Source of the DNA: Thermoprotei archaeon
GTDB taxonomy: Archaea; Thermoproteota; Thermoprotei; QMSL01; B3-G16
Reading direction: 5' to 3'
Assembly (NCBI GenBank): GCA_021162845.1
Contig: JAGGXX010000048.1
Location: 13,397 to 77,396, forward strand
DNA length: 64,000 nucleotides
The notes beneath the pieces are model-generated. The model did not search any database. It was not told where the DNA came from and saw nothing but the letters and a program-made list of their open reading frames with translations. Of this stretch, positions 46,593 to 56,446 are shown one piece after another. The position numbers were made by a program, and so were the translations under genes. The stretch's first letter is position 1. Every line of letters begins with the position of its first letter.

Positions 46593-47249
46593 CTAAACAG
46601 GGTAAAAGCTTTCCTTAGCTTCATTCTTCGTAATCACTAATGTGTCAACACCATCCCCGCTTATAGCATCTCGCGAGATAGCGCTCTTTACAGCCCTCAC
46701 TGCTATTTCCTCGGCCTCTTTTACTGAGAGCTCCTCCTTATAGGCGTTTTCAATAATACCTATGGCTATCTGAGCGCCCGAGCCTACCGCGGCGTATTTA
46801 TCCTCTATGAGTGAGCCGAGCGGATCTAAGACGAAGATATGAGGGCCTTCTTCGTCAACTCCACCTAGTACAGTCTCGGCTATGTAAGGGAAGTACCTCT
46901 GATTGAAGAGTATTATCGAGAGGAGCTTAGCTGCCGCCCTTATGGGCATCAGCCTATTATGATCTAGCTCGTAAAGCCTAGCCTCCGCTGCCAGAGTCCT
47001 CGCTATCGCCTGCATATCAGCGATTATCCCCGCACAAGCTATGCCCATCCTATTGTTTATCTTAAAGAGCTTTTTACCAGCCTTACTGATAAGAGCAAAG
47101 CCATAGGATACTCTTTTCTCCGAAGCTAGCACTACGCCTTCCTTCGTCGCTAGCCCGACCACTGTCGCACCTGGCATTGGAATGCCCAGGTACTGCTCCC
47201 TACGTGAATCAGTAGGTAAATTATAATTATATGTCATTATGATAAACAC
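46593..47249 (-). CDS. psmB: proteasome beta subunit, probably non-catalytic (Ala at position 1)
   Basis: ..PGATVVGLATKEGVVLASEKRVS aligns to TTTVGI... with Ala in place of Thr1. Confidence 0.75.
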   Translation of the reverse strand: MFIIMTYNYNLPTDSRREQYLGIPMPGATVVGLATKEGVVLASEKRVSYGFALISKAGKKLFKINNRMGIACAGIIADMQAIARTLAAEARLYELDHNRLMPIRAAAKLLSIILFNQRYFPYIAETVLGGVDEEGPHIFVLDPLGSLIEDKYAAVGSGAQIAIGIIENAYKEELSVKEAEEIAVRAVKSAISRDAISGDGVDTLVITKNEAKESFYPV

Positions 47250-47456
47250 CTCGTAGCCAAGATATCCTCACTAAAGGTGAATTTAAATCTATACTGGCAT
47301 CCTAAGAGTGAAACGCTTCCCTCGGTGCTAATACTTCCTAATCTATTAATTTAATTAGTTAGTACGTACTCTAACCGAGTTATAGCTTCATGGACATTAT
47401 GAGGGGATACCTTAGCGATTATGTGTCTTCATTATTTATGGAAGTGAAAGAGGGGA

Positions 47457-48407
47457 TTACGTCCTCCTAAACCACCCCTTTTCCATCCATGTACGCCTCA
47501 TAGCCTCGATGTTTTCCCATGGATATCGTAGCGAATGCCCCGGCGCTAGGATCAGACCCCCGTTTCTGCCGAGCCTAATGCATTCCTCTACTTCACGTGT
47601 CACATCCTCAGGCGTTCCTCTATCAAGCGTCCTGGCACTGACTCCTCCCCATAGGGTTACCCTATCACCATAGAGCCTCTTAATCCAGTGCCAGTCGTTA
47701 CACTCCCTCTGTACATTAAGTATATCGACCCCTATCTCCACAAGATCCGGTATCAGCGCTTCTACCCTTCCATCACTATGTTGAAAGACCAAGACATCGT
47801 TCTTCTTAGCGATTTTATAGAGCTCGGCCTGCCAAGGCTTTATGAAGCGTCTCCACCACTCAGGAGAGAAGAGAAGCCTATCCTCCATCCCCCAGTCATC
47901 CCCATATAGGATTACGTCAACTCCAACTTCCTCTATTAGCCTCTCGCTTAAGCGGATCTTGACTTCAGCAATCCGCTCTATCAACCTCTCCACGACCTCA
48001 GGTTGCGTGAAAGACCATAGGAATAACCTACGCATGCTGACCAGGAGCCACGCTCTCTCAAAGAGCCCCCATCCATTATCTCCTGCTAAGATGACTTTAC
48101 CCCGGTTCACGCGAGATGCTTTTTCCTTAGCCTCCTTTATGACAGTAGATCCCTCAGGGGACGGCATAGGGTAATCGTCCACCTCACTTGGATCCTTAAG
48201 GGGATGAGAGGAGGGAAATGGACCTGACCTGGGATCCCTTAACGTCCACTTAACGCCCCATGCATCTTTGCCCTCCTCGCAATGTTCTATTAGGCCATGC
48301 TTTATGACTACAACAGAGCCATCGAACATAGGGCAGGGTATCCAGAGAGGAGGTTCATGGTTTACGGCCAAAAGAAAGTTCTCCTTGGGAGAGAGTGAGG
48401 TATACAT
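47457..48407 (-). CDS. uroporphyrinogen decarboxylase (URO-D) family protein
   Basis: TIM-barrel URO-D/MtaA-like pattern. Confidence 0.5.
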   Translation of the reverse strand: MYTSLSPKENFLLAVNHEPPLWIPCPMFDGSVVVIKHGLIEHCEEGKDAWGVKWTLRDPRSGPFPSSHPLKDPSEVDDYPMPSPEGSTVIKEAKEKASRVNRGKVILAGDNGWGLFERAWLLVSMRRLFLWSFTQPEVVERLIERIAEVKIRLSERLIEEVGVDVILYGDDWGMEDRLLFSPEWWRRFIKPWQAELYKIAKKNDVLVFQHSDGRVEALIPDLVEIGVDILNVQRECNDWHWIKRLYGDRVTLWGGVSARTLDRGTPEDVTREVEECIRLGRNGGLILAPGHSLRYPWENIEAMRRTWMEKGWFRRT

Positions 48408-48519
48408 GATAAAAGCTAGGAAAGGCTAAGCTCTTAAGCCTTCGATAAAAAGCGGGAGATACACTAATATCCCACGTACGCATAGGAGATATGCTTAGTA
48501 GCGCTGTGAGCTGAGGATC

Positions 48520-49152
48520 ATGTATTATAGGACTAGGCCCGTTAGGAAAATTGGCGTGCCCAAAATGGCCACGGTTCTGACCTGCATCTGCGTTATCGTT
48601 TATATAGCATTGGCAGTACTCAGCCGGAATCCCATCACCATAAGCAGTTACTGGCTCGCACTGGCTGGCCAGTTTAACTATATGGTGCTCAAGGAGGGGT
48701 GGTGGTGGCAGACGTTCACGGCGCTTTTCGTTCACGTGTCGTTGCTTCACTTAGCCTTTAACGCCTTCTATTTATACACCATAGGCTCATCGTTCGAAAG
48801 CAATTATGGTGTTCGCTTCTTCCTGTTGACGTTCTTCGCTTCGGGCATAGCAGGGAATTTAATAACGTTAGCTTTAGGGCCTAACATCATCAGCGCAGGG
48901 GCCTCAGGTGCCATATTCGGCCTAATAGGCGCCATGACGATGATTACTAGGGCGCGATATGGAGGGTACATGAAGGAGGCGCTCTCCTCACTCATAATAC
49001 TTCTCCTGATCAACTCCATATGGCAAGGGGTGAACATCTTGGCCCATGCAGGCGGGTTAGCAACAGGGGTCATTCTAGGGTTAGCTTACAACAGGTTCAA
49101 GCGTCCGAGATATGGTAGCTATCCGTATATGGTGCGCTATTACCGCTGGTGA
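48520..49152 (+). CDS. rhomboid-family intramembrane serine protease
   Basis: GASGAIFGLIG (GxSG) and HAGGLATGV (catalytic His), 6 TM. Confidence 0.85.
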   Translation: MYYRTRPVRKIGVPKMATVLTCICVIVYIALAVLSRNPITISSYWLALAGQFNYMVLKEGWWWQTFTALFVHVSLLHLAFNAFYLYTIGSSFESNYGVRFFLLTFFASGIAGNLITLALGPNIISAGASGAIFGLIGAMTMITRARYGGYMKEALSSLIILLLINSIWQGVNILAHAGGLATGVILGLAYNRFKRPRYGSYPYMVRYYRW

Positions 49153-49159
49153 GTCACCT

Positions 49160-50137
49160 TCATGTATCCCTTAGGTGGACTATATCGCCCACAGCGATCT
49201 TCTTCAGCCCCTCTGAGGTGAGCAATATCAGGGATCCGTCATTCGCTATATCCACCGCCTTACCGATTATCGTCCTTTCATGGAGCACTACCTTCACGCG
49301 CTTTCTCAATGTGGAGCTGAGCTTCCTCCATTCATCCAATATATTGCTTGGATCCTCGATCACGATAGGAATCCTAGGGCAAAGTTGGAGCAGGATAGCT
49401 CTTAGCAACCATAACCTGGGTACGGGTTTTTTGAGTATAGCTTTTAAGGACGTAGCGGAGGGCACTAAGTCTTTTGGGATGTCATTATTGACGTTTAGCC
49501 CAATTCCCATACAGATTAAGGCCTCAGCGTCGCTTAATGACGCTTCAATTAATATGCCGCAAACCTTTTTCCCATTCACCAAGACGTCATTAGGCCACTT
49601 AACTTTCGCATTTAAGGACGTGATGTTCTCTATAGCTTTTGCCACGGATACGGCGCCTGCCATGCCGAAAATGGGTATCTTAGCGCCTTGTAATTGTATG
49701 CGTAAAGCGAATGTCATCCAAATACCCCCTGGACTCGAGATCCAGCGCCTATCTAACCTCCCCCTGCCACGCGATTGCTCCTCGGCTATTACGAGGATGG
49801 AATGTATCTCCTGCTCTCTCATCAACTCCTTCGCGATATCCTGCGTAGATGTCACCTTTTCTAGGAAACATATATCGAAGTGATATTTCGTCGAGATGTC
49901 CTGAAGATAAATACCTGCTAGGCGGGGATCATCCTCACATATTAGCTGATATCCTACTCTCTCGTCACCCTTCAATATGAAGCCACGTCGCATGAGCTCC
50001 TTTAACTTCATGAAGATCAGTTGTGGTGGGAGTTTAAGAGCCTTCGAGAGCTCGGTAAGTGATACCGGACGGTCGGTATTTCTCATTAAATAGTTTACTA
50101 TCAAACCTTCGGGAGACATCTCATGGGCAGACATCAT
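49160..50137 (-). CDS. birA: bifunctional biotin--protein ligase / repressor BirA
   Basis: N-terminal HTH, QSRGRGRLDRRW (GRGRxGRxW biotin-binding motif), KWPNDVLVNGKKVCGIL. Confidence 0.85.
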   Translation of the reverse strand: MMSAHEMSPEGLIVNYLMRNTDRPVSLTELSKALKLPPQLIFMKLKELMRRGFILKGDERVGYQLICEDDPRLAGIYLQDISTKYHFDICFLEKVTSTQDIAKELMREQEIHSILVIAEEQSRGRGRLDRRWISSPGGIWMTFALRIQLQGAKIPIFGMAGAVSVAKAIENITSLNAKVKWPNDVLVNGKKVCGILIEASLSDAEALICMGIGLNVNNDIPKDLVPSATSLKAILKKPVPRLWLLRAILLQLCPRIPIVIEDPSNILDEWRKLSSTLRKRVKVVLHERTIIGKAVDIANDGSLILLTSEGLKKIAVGDIVHLRDT

Positions 50138-50180
50138 GCTCCTCTCAATAATCTCAAGGAGGTTACAGACCTAAAACATT

Positions 50181-50945
50181 CTATGTGAGGTCCCCGCATA
50201 CACAGAAAGCCTCGTGGATTAGGTCATACAGCGCCTCGAAGCCTAGTCTATTCTTAGCGGAGATCTTAACTGTTCTAGCTGATTGAGAGAAGTAAGTCAA
50301 TAACTCACTCAAGGAGGAGACTACATCGCTCAATAGGCCTTTTGCGATGCCCTTTTCCAGTTCTTCCCGCAGATAGCTAGGATCGCTTAGGAGTTCGCTC
50401 ATCTCCTGATCTTCCAGGATATCGGACTTATTTAACACCATTACCATAGGCACCATTAACTTAAGTTGTACGATTAAGCCTAATAACTCCGCTGTGATGA
50501 GGTCCTCGAGCGATGAGACTAGCTCTAGATCTAAGAGGAATACAGCTATCGCGTTTTCGGCACGTGTAAGCCTATTAACTAACTCAGGGCCGGTCCTCCT
50601 TAGTACGAAGGCTTCCATCTGGCCAGGGGTGTCTATCAGCCGGAAATCCCCCTTTAAGTTTAGGAGGTCCCTCAGTATTTTATCTATGCTCCCTAACATC
50701 AAATCCATACAGCGCAATATGGCTCCATTCGGGCCTAGTTTCTCCTCCCTCATTACATCCTCTACCGTGATGAGCTCGCGTATATCATAGTCTGGCTTAT
50801 AAGGCGTATAATCCGCTCCTGGATCTAAGTTCACGTAGCGTACCCTAAAGCCCATGTACTCATTGAGCCATGCGCCAAAATTAGCCGTGAGCGTGCTCTT
50901 ACCTGAGCCAGCAGGTCCTAAGAACACTAGGTTTGTGATAACCAT
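50181..50945 (-). CDS. GPN-loop GTPase
   Basis: FLGPAGSGKST P-loop and LGPNGAIL (GPN motif). Confidence 0.85.
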   Translation of the reverse strand: MVITNLVFLGPAGSGKSTLTANFGAWLNEYMGFRVRYVNLDPGADYTPYKPDYDIRELITVEDVMREEKLGPNGAILRCMDLMLGSIDKILRDLLNLKGDFRLIDTPGQMEAFVLRRTGPELVNRLTRAENAIAVFLLDLELVSSLEDLITAELLGLIVQLKLMVPMVMVLNKSDILEDQEMSELLSDPSYLREELEKGIAKGLLSDVVSSLSELLTYFSQSARTVKISAKNRLGFEALYDLIHEAFCVCGDLT

Positions 50946-51157
50946 TGCAATGTTAGGATCACACGCTAAAATCTTAAAGTTAGCGCGCTGACGAGGAGTT
51001 TGATTGCCTTAACGGTAAATGAAGGTTTATCTTTAAGCCTTGATGAGGACTAAAGCAAGGCGCAAGGCCCCTTGCGCTAAATCAGCAACGCATAGCCCTT
51101 GGCCTATGGGAATCCTAGTTAACATTGCTCGGTAAGTAATGATGCCTAGGTTCTGAG

Positions 51158-51595
51158 CTAGGAGCGGCTTACCGTATACACTTTTCCCTTTCCTCTCTTA
51201 GATCTCCTCACGAGGCCTAGCTCCTCTAATTTGGCTAGCTTTTTAGATATCGTCCTTCTTGAAGCCCTACCTCGCCATTGCCTCAAAATTCTCGCTAACT
51301 GCGAGATATTCATGGGACCATAAAGCGCTAACAGGCGCAATAACCACCTCGAAAGATCGTCCGCAAAGCCCTTCTGCCTCAATACACGCTCAACGCGGAC
51401 TATGTCCCGGATTAGATTAATCACGTTACCTTCGAAGGAGACGCTTCCTACGGCCAAGGAGAGGAGAATTAGAATCTCTTCGCGAGATTGAGGTTCTAAG
51501 GCCAGCAAATCCTCTATTAGCTTCAATTTACGGAGGACCATGTTGAGCTGCTCTTCTATTTTATCAAGGCGTCTCTCTAAGCTCAATCGTATCAC
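51158..51595 (-). CDS. hypothetical coiled-coil + winged-helix protein
   Basis: N-terminal coiled coil and C-terminal wHTH (ISQLARIL...LAKLEELGLVRR). Last gene of a 3-gene cluster. Confidence 0.45.
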   Translation of the reverse strand: MIRLSLERRLDKIEEQLNMVLRKLKLIEDLLALEPQSREEILILLSLAVGSVSFEGNVINLIRDIVRVERVLRQKGFADDLSRWLLRLLALYGPMNISQLARILRQWRGRASRRTISKKLAKLEELGLVRRSKRGKGKVYTVSRS

Positions 51596-51604
51596 CTAAT
51601 TAAT

Positions 51605-51880
51605 TTAACGCTTGAGCAGTTCCCTTACGATGGTCCAAGGACTTAATATAGGCTCAAATGCCTCGTCTAAGCTCTTAATGAAGTCAGCTGTGATTAACTC
51701 GACCAATTCCCTTGGAAGCTGCCCCCTCAATCGGTTCCTTAACGCCCGCTTCACCAGGATCCGCCTCGCCCTAATCCTTATTAGCAGAAACAGGTAGCCG
51801 CCCACGAAGGTAGAGAGCAGAAGCATACTCCTTAGAGCCAGTAGCAGGAGTACTGTAAAGCGCGCTCTGGGCGGCTTCAT
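51605..51880 (-). CDS. hypothetical small membrane protein (1 TM + basic tail)
   Basis: 91 aa, TM helix followed by an Arg-rich segment. Middle gene of the cluster. Confidence 0.4.
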   Translation of the reverse strand: MKPPRARFTVLLLLALRSMLLLSTFVGGYLFLLIRIRARRILVKRALRNRLRGQLPRELVELITADFIKSLDEAFEPILSPWTIVRELLKR

Positions 51881-51884
51881 TCAT

Positions 51885-52274
51885 CTATGCCTCTTCTCCC
51901 GGCCTCTCACTGGCTAGTTCTTCCTTCACCTTCTTTACTGCCTTCTCTAGGTCCTTAAGGCTTTCAGGATGCTTGATGATACGTGATAATAAGCCCCCGA
52001 GGTTCCTCAATATCATGGTATCGTTGTAGAAGCGCAGGGTCATTTCTCGCGCCATTTCTTCGGGGAGGCCTGACTCCTTTAGCTTCTTGTAAAAGGAGGC
52101 CACGCTTTCGCCTACTCGTTCACCGAAGTCCCCTGAGTAGACTGTGAATAGCAGGTCCTTAGCTATTTTGTTCAGCTGATTCAGAAAGCTGGAGACGGCT
52201 TCAAGGATCTCATGAAGTTCCTTGACGTCCTCACTACTGTACTTCTTCCCCTCCTCCCTATGCTCCATGCCCAA
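51885..52274 (-). CDS. hypothetical alpha-helical protein
   Basis: 129 aa, first gene of the cluster. No motif recognized. Confidence 0.4.
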   Translation of the reverse strand: MGMEHREEGKKYSSEDVKELHEILEAVSSFLNQLNKIAKDLLFTVYSGDFGERVGESVASFYKKLKESGLPEEMAREMTLRFYNDTMILRNLGGLLSRIIKHPESLKDLEKAVKKVKEELASERPGEEA

Positions 52275-52350
52275 TACGAATCACCTCACGTTTATTAGGA
52301 CTGTTCATTAATAAAATGGTTCTGAGTACTCTTGCACAGATCGAATGTCC

Positions 52351-52737
52351 CTAAGATTGAGGCTTAGGGAAGCTAATCGGTACATAATAGTCCCTACGTT
52401 CTATGGGACCAAGGGATACCTGACGCATATGACCCTGATAGTAAACTATGATCATATACCTCTCCCCCACTGTCGCCTCAAAGGTCACCGAGTGAGTATT
52501 ATTCCAAACCTTCATCGGGAACATCACGATTACGCGATCGGCTTTAACGGGCTCGCCATCGACCCATATGGAGATCGTCACGTAGACTTTACTTCTAGCA
52601 TAATTATATACAAAGTATACATCGAATAGATAAATTGTCAGGGAAGGCAATAGAAAGAGGAGCGTGACCTGAATGCCGTCGATCAGGAACCTCCTGATGA
52701 ACCTCATAAACCTCGGGGTATAGTAATTGACATACAT
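52351..52737 (-). CDS. hypothetical membrane protein
   Basis: 128 aa with 2 predicted TM helices. Confidence 0.35.
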   Translation of the reverse strand: MYVNYYTPRFMRFIRRFLIDGIQVTLLFLLPSLTIYLFDVYFVYNYARSKVYVTISIWVDGEPVKADRVIVMFPMKVWNNTHSVTFEATVGERYMIIVYYQGHMRQVSLGPIERRDYYVPISFPKPQS

Positions 52738-52776
52738 ATTGTTAAAAGTGTTCCTGCATGAGAATACCGAAGGAAC

Positions 52777-53244
52777 TTGTATGGGGGTACCTTAAGTATG
52801 GCTGTTAAGGAGGAAGTGCTTAAGACATTTAAGTTAGCGTTACCAATAGGCTTCTTGTTAACGTTCATAGCAGCATTACTATGCGTAGTGATAGCACTCT
52901 TACCGTGGGGCTTTAAGGAAGGTAAATGGATTTTCCTCCCCCTTCTCCCAGAGAGACGTACCATGGAGCTCTGCTTAAGCTTTGCCTCAGGGTTCATGCT
53001 GGTGAGCGCATGGGCTTATAGGAGGTTTGGGGAGAGGCGTATCATAGCGATGACGCTGGGGATTCCCGCGCTCGCCTTATTACTTTTCGGCGTACTTAGC
53101 CTAAACGAGAAATTCGGATTCCCTGAGTATGGGATAGGCCTTAAACTGCTTCTAGTGACATTTCTATTACATATAATAGGAATGTTATTAGTGCTCGGTA
53201 ACATAGGTAATATCGAAATTGAGGTTCAGCTCATTAAGGAATGA
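52777..53244 (+). CDS. hypothetical membrane protein (4 TM)
   Basis: 155 aa, hydrophobic. Confidence 0.4.
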   Translation: MYGGTLSMAVKEEVLKTFKLALPIGFLLTFIAALLCVVIALLPWGFKEGKWIFLPLLPERRTMELCLSFASGFMLVSAWAYRRFGERRIIAMTLGIPALALLLFGVLSLNEKFGFPEYGIGLKLLLVTFLLHIIGMLLVLGNIGNIEIEVQLIKE

Positions 53245-53303
53245 GGAGTAATTCTAGGCCAGCATATAATAGGCGGTTCACCACTAGGGATTATTGAGAG
53301 CAT

Positions 53304-54713
53304 ATGCTATTAGTGAGAACGCTCGTAATAATCCTACTGGTTACGCTCATATGTAATGCAGTCGTGAACGAAAATAGTAATGATGCCCCCGTAGTCGTAA
53401 ACATCGATGTTAAGGGAGAGATAACGCCCATCACGGTACGATTTGTGCATGAGGGATTCAGCTATGCTAGATCTATCGGAGCTCGATTGATAGTGTTAAG
53501 GTTAGATACCCCTGGAGGGCAGGTTGAGGCGGTTAAGGAATTAATGGTGGACATAGAATCCATGGAAATACCTGTGGCAGCCCTTGTCGTCCCCATAGGA
53601 GCCGTCGCTTGGAGTGGAGGCGCTTATGTTCTCATGGCATCGCATATAGCTGCTATGGCTCCCGGCACAACGATAGGTTCATGTCAACCAATACAGGTGA
53701 CTCCCTGGGGCATACGCTATGTGAATAGCTCTAAGGTACTAAATGCCATGAGCGAGCTACTAGCTAACCATGCGAGGCTTCATTCCAGGAATGAGACCGT
53801 TGCCAGATTGTTCGTCGAGGAGAACCTAAATATAGGACCCAGTGAGGCATTGCGGATGCATGTTATAGAGTTCATAGCTGAGGATGTAAGGGACCTCCTT
53901 CAACAACTAGAGGAGTGGTGTTTGGTGAAGTGTGAGGCAGGCACAGGCGATTTTAAGTGGAGACTCGTAAAAAGCGAGACCCTTACTAAGGATAAGGGTT
54001 TAAGGAGGATATGCTTCAGGGGAATAGCGCGCGCTAGGATAGTGAAGATAACGCCTGGCCTACAACAAGGTCTTCTTCAACTGATATCAAATCCCCTCAT
54101 AGCTGACCTTCTGCTATTGATAGGCCTCTTCACCCTTGTTACCGGGCTTAAGACCCCAGGTGTAGGCATGGAATTGGCGGGTACCTTAATGATATTGCTA
54201 GCGATAATGGGGTTTGGAATTATAGGCATAGAAGAGGGGGGACTATTCTTAGTAATACTAGGCTTTATCCTAGCTATAGCGGAGCTCAAGACGCATGTAG
54301 GCATCTTATTGGTATTAGGATTAATTTGTATGACTTTAGGTGGATTATTGATCCTACCCTTAAGGAGTTGGTGGATACCCCTCACGGAGCTCAGGAGAAT
54401 CCTGCTAACATTAACCATAGCATCGTGTTCCATAGGGGTGCTTTTCGGCTTGTTGGTTTATAAAGCTACACAGGCTCAAAGAAGGCAGAGGAAAACGGGA
54501 CCCGAGGCCCTAATAGGCAAGAAGGGAATAACGCTATGTGATCTCAAGCCAATCGGGGAGATTAGGGTGGGAGGAGAGATATGGAGAGCTACCGCCATCT
54601 CCGGGACCATTAAAAAGGGAAGGCACGTGGAAGTAGTCAGGAGGGATGGGCTTACTCTCATCGTCAGGGAATGCGATGAAGGGAAAGGCTTATCTGAAGA
54701 GAAGAAGCCTTAA
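53304..54713 (+). CDS. NfeD-family membrane-bound serine protease (ClpP-class) with C-terminal OB domain
   Basis: N-terminal ClpP-like domain (LRLDTPGG...WSGGAYVLMASH), TM segments, C-terminal NfeD OB-fold. Paired with stomatin as in Pyrococcus PH1510/PH1511. Confidence 0.75.
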   Translation: MLLVRTLVIILLVTLICNAVVNENSNDAPVVVNIDVKGEITPITVRFVHEGFSYARSIGARLIVLRLDTPGGQVEAVKELMVDIESMEIPVAALVVPIGAVAWSGGAYVLMASHIAAMAPGTTIGSCQPIQVTPWGIRYVNSSKVLNAMSELLANHARLHSRNETVARLFVEENLNIGPSEALRMHVIEFIAEDVRDLLQQLEEWCLVKCEAGTGDFKWRLVKSETLTKDKGLRRICFRGIARARIVKITPGLQQGLLQLISNPLIADLLLLIGLFTLVTGLKTPGVGMELAGTLMILLAIMGFGIIGIEEGGLFLVILGFILAIAELKTHVGILLVLGLICMTLGGLLILPLRSWWIPLTELRRILLTLTIASCSIGVLFGLLVYKATQAQRRQRKTGPEALIGKKGITLCDLKPIGEIRVGGEIWRATAISGTIKKGRHVEVVRRDGLTLIVRECDEGKGLSEEKKP

Positions 54714-55515
54714 GGAAATAGGCGATCGTATGGATTTTGGTTTATTTCTATGGATGATAGTACTCTTCGTGGCCCTTTTCTTCCTAAGCGGCATAAAGGT
54801 GCTTAAAGAATGGGAGAGAGCCCCTGTATTGAGACTCGGACGATATGTGGGGATGAAAGGGCCGGGCATTATATATGTCTTCCCGTTAATCGACCGCATA
54901 CCTAAGGTCATATCCACGAGGATAAAGACTATGACCTTTAAATCGGAGCAGACTCTCACCTTAGATAACGTGCCCGTGACCGTAGATGCGGTCATGTATT
55001 TTAAGCCCATAGATGTGGAGCTATGCGTCCTTAACGTTGAGGACTATAATAATGCCACGTACTGGGCTGCTCAGACGACATTAAGGGAGGTAATAGGAAG
55101 GGTACATCTTCAAGAGCTCCTATCCCATAGGGAGAAGATAGGTGAAGAGCTCAGGAAGATAATAGACGAGAAGACGGAGGCATGGGGCGTAAAGGTTTTA
55201 TCGGTTGAAATAAAGGATGTCGTCATACCGCAAGCACTTCAAGATGCCATGTCCAGGCAAGCACAAGCTGAACGGGAACGGATAGCCAGGGTCACGTTAG
55301 CTAATGCTGAATACGAGGCGGCCAGTAAGATGGTGGAGGCGGCTAAGCTGTACGAAGAAACACCTCAGGCCATAACGCTTAGATGGATAAACGTGCTCTC
55401 AGAGATATCATCTAAGGGCAATATGGTGGTCATAATCCCAGCGCAGATACCTGGGGCAGGAATAGCGCCCATAGGCCTTCTGGGGCTTAATAAGGAGCGA
55501 AAAGACGAGGCGTAA
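54646..55515 (+). CDS. stomatin/SPFH (band 7) family protein
   Basis: SPFH domain ...VLRLGRYVGMKGPGIIYVFPLIDR... with the stomatin EAxxAxxxA-type C-terminal helix. Probable real start at MDFGLF (about 54730). Confidence 0.85.
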   Translation: MGLLSSSGNAMKGKAYLKRRSLKEIGDRMDFGLFLWMIVLFVALFFLSGIKVLKEWERAPVLRLGRYVGMKGPGIIYVFPLIDRIPKVISTRIKTMTFKSEQTLTLDNVPVTVDAVMYFKPIDVELCVLNVEDYNNATYWAAQTTLREVIGRVHLQELLSHREKIGEELRKIIDEKTEAWGVKVLSVEIKDVVIPQALQDAMSRQAQAERERIARVTLANAEYEAASKMVEAAKLYEETPQAITLRWINVLSEISSKGNMVVIIPAQIPGAGIAPIGLLGLNKERKDEA

Positions 55516-55548
55516 GGCTTAAGGCGGAGACTTCCGTAAAGGAGGGTT

Positions 55549-55926
55549 ATGACGTTAGGGCTGAGTTGTCATGAGATAAGGGTAAAGAGCAATGGCTATG
55601 GTAGCGCAGTGGACGTAACGCCGATGTTGAGGAGATGCGCTGAGGGCATAGAAAGGGGATTAATGAACGCTTATGTCTCAGAGGAAGACGCAGCCTTAGT
55701 GACTATCGAGTACGAGAGGGGGCTTCTCGAGGACTTGAAGAAGTTCGTTGAGGAATACATGAAGGCCTTTAGGGGATTGGCACCGACTATACTTGGGAGG
55801 AGCCTTGACCTGCCTATCGTTAATGGAAACATTAGGCTAGGGACCTGGCAACAGGTAGTGTTCATAGATCTAGGACACAGAGCAAGGGAGGTGAGCATCT
55901 ACGTCACGATTATATATGAGGATTGA
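55549..55926 (+). CDS. YjbQ/UPF0047-family protein (paralog 1)
   Basis: C-terminal LGTWQQVVFIDL hallmark. Confidence 0.7.
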   Translation: MTLGLSCHEIRVKSNGYGSAVDVTPMLRRCAEGIERGLMNAYVSEEDAALVTIEYERGLLEDLKKFVEEYMKAFRGLAPTILGRSLDLPIVNGNIRLGTWQQVVFIDLGHRAREVSIYVTIIYED

Positions 55927-56317
55927 GATCGGAGATTTCATCATTAAGACCTACGGGCCGAATGCGCTTTTCGACATAACAAAAGAAATATTATCCTTCC
56001 TAAATAAGGCTAAAGCGATACGAGGCTTGCTCTTGATAAGCGTCATGGGTAGTACGGGTTCTTTAGTATTAATCCCACCAGAACAAGTTGATCCTATTAA
56101 GAACAATGAACTATGGGCACTCGTGCCAGTTAATGCTGGGTGGAAGCACGAGGGAAACGCCTATGCTCATCTGAGGTCCACAGTGCTCGGTACGAGTATC
56201 ACAGTACCCATAAGGGATGGAAAGCCCGTGTTAGGCAGGCACAGAATCTACTTCATCGAGAATCAATGTTATATGGCTAGAGAACGTCACTTTTACTTAG
56301 TTTACATAGGTGAGTAG
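55916..56317 (+). CDS. YjbQ/UPF0047-family protein (paralog 2, divergent)
   Basis: DITKEI...GSTGSLVL...HEGNAYAHLRSTVLGTSITVPI..GKPVLG pattern, but GRHRI replaces GTWQ. Confidence 0.6.
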   Translation: MRIEIGDFIIKTYGPNALFDITKEILSFLNKAKAIRGLLLISVMGSTGSLVLIPPEQVDPIKNNELWALVPVNAGWKHEGNAYAHLRSTVLGTSITVPIRDGKPVLGRHRIYFIENQCYMARERHFYLVYIGE

Positions 56318-56446
56318 ACAAAATTAAAATAATTTTCAACTTCATGAAAAAATTCGTTACACCCAAATGGAGTACACTAACATCCCCATGTAGACGCCAT
56401 ATTTAGAAACATTTAAATTGGAGATTACGTATAGCAAAACACGTTG

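Noticed and set aside
51040-51110. UGAUGAG C-box-like heptamer followed by the perfect hairpin GCGCAAGG(CC)CCTTGCGC. Considered as a C/D-box sRNA.
   Set aside because: No D box (CUGA) at the right spacing on the same strand, and no terminal stem. On the minus strand the hairpin is followed by a U-rich stretch, so a terminator for the upstream minus-strand operon is a more economical reading.
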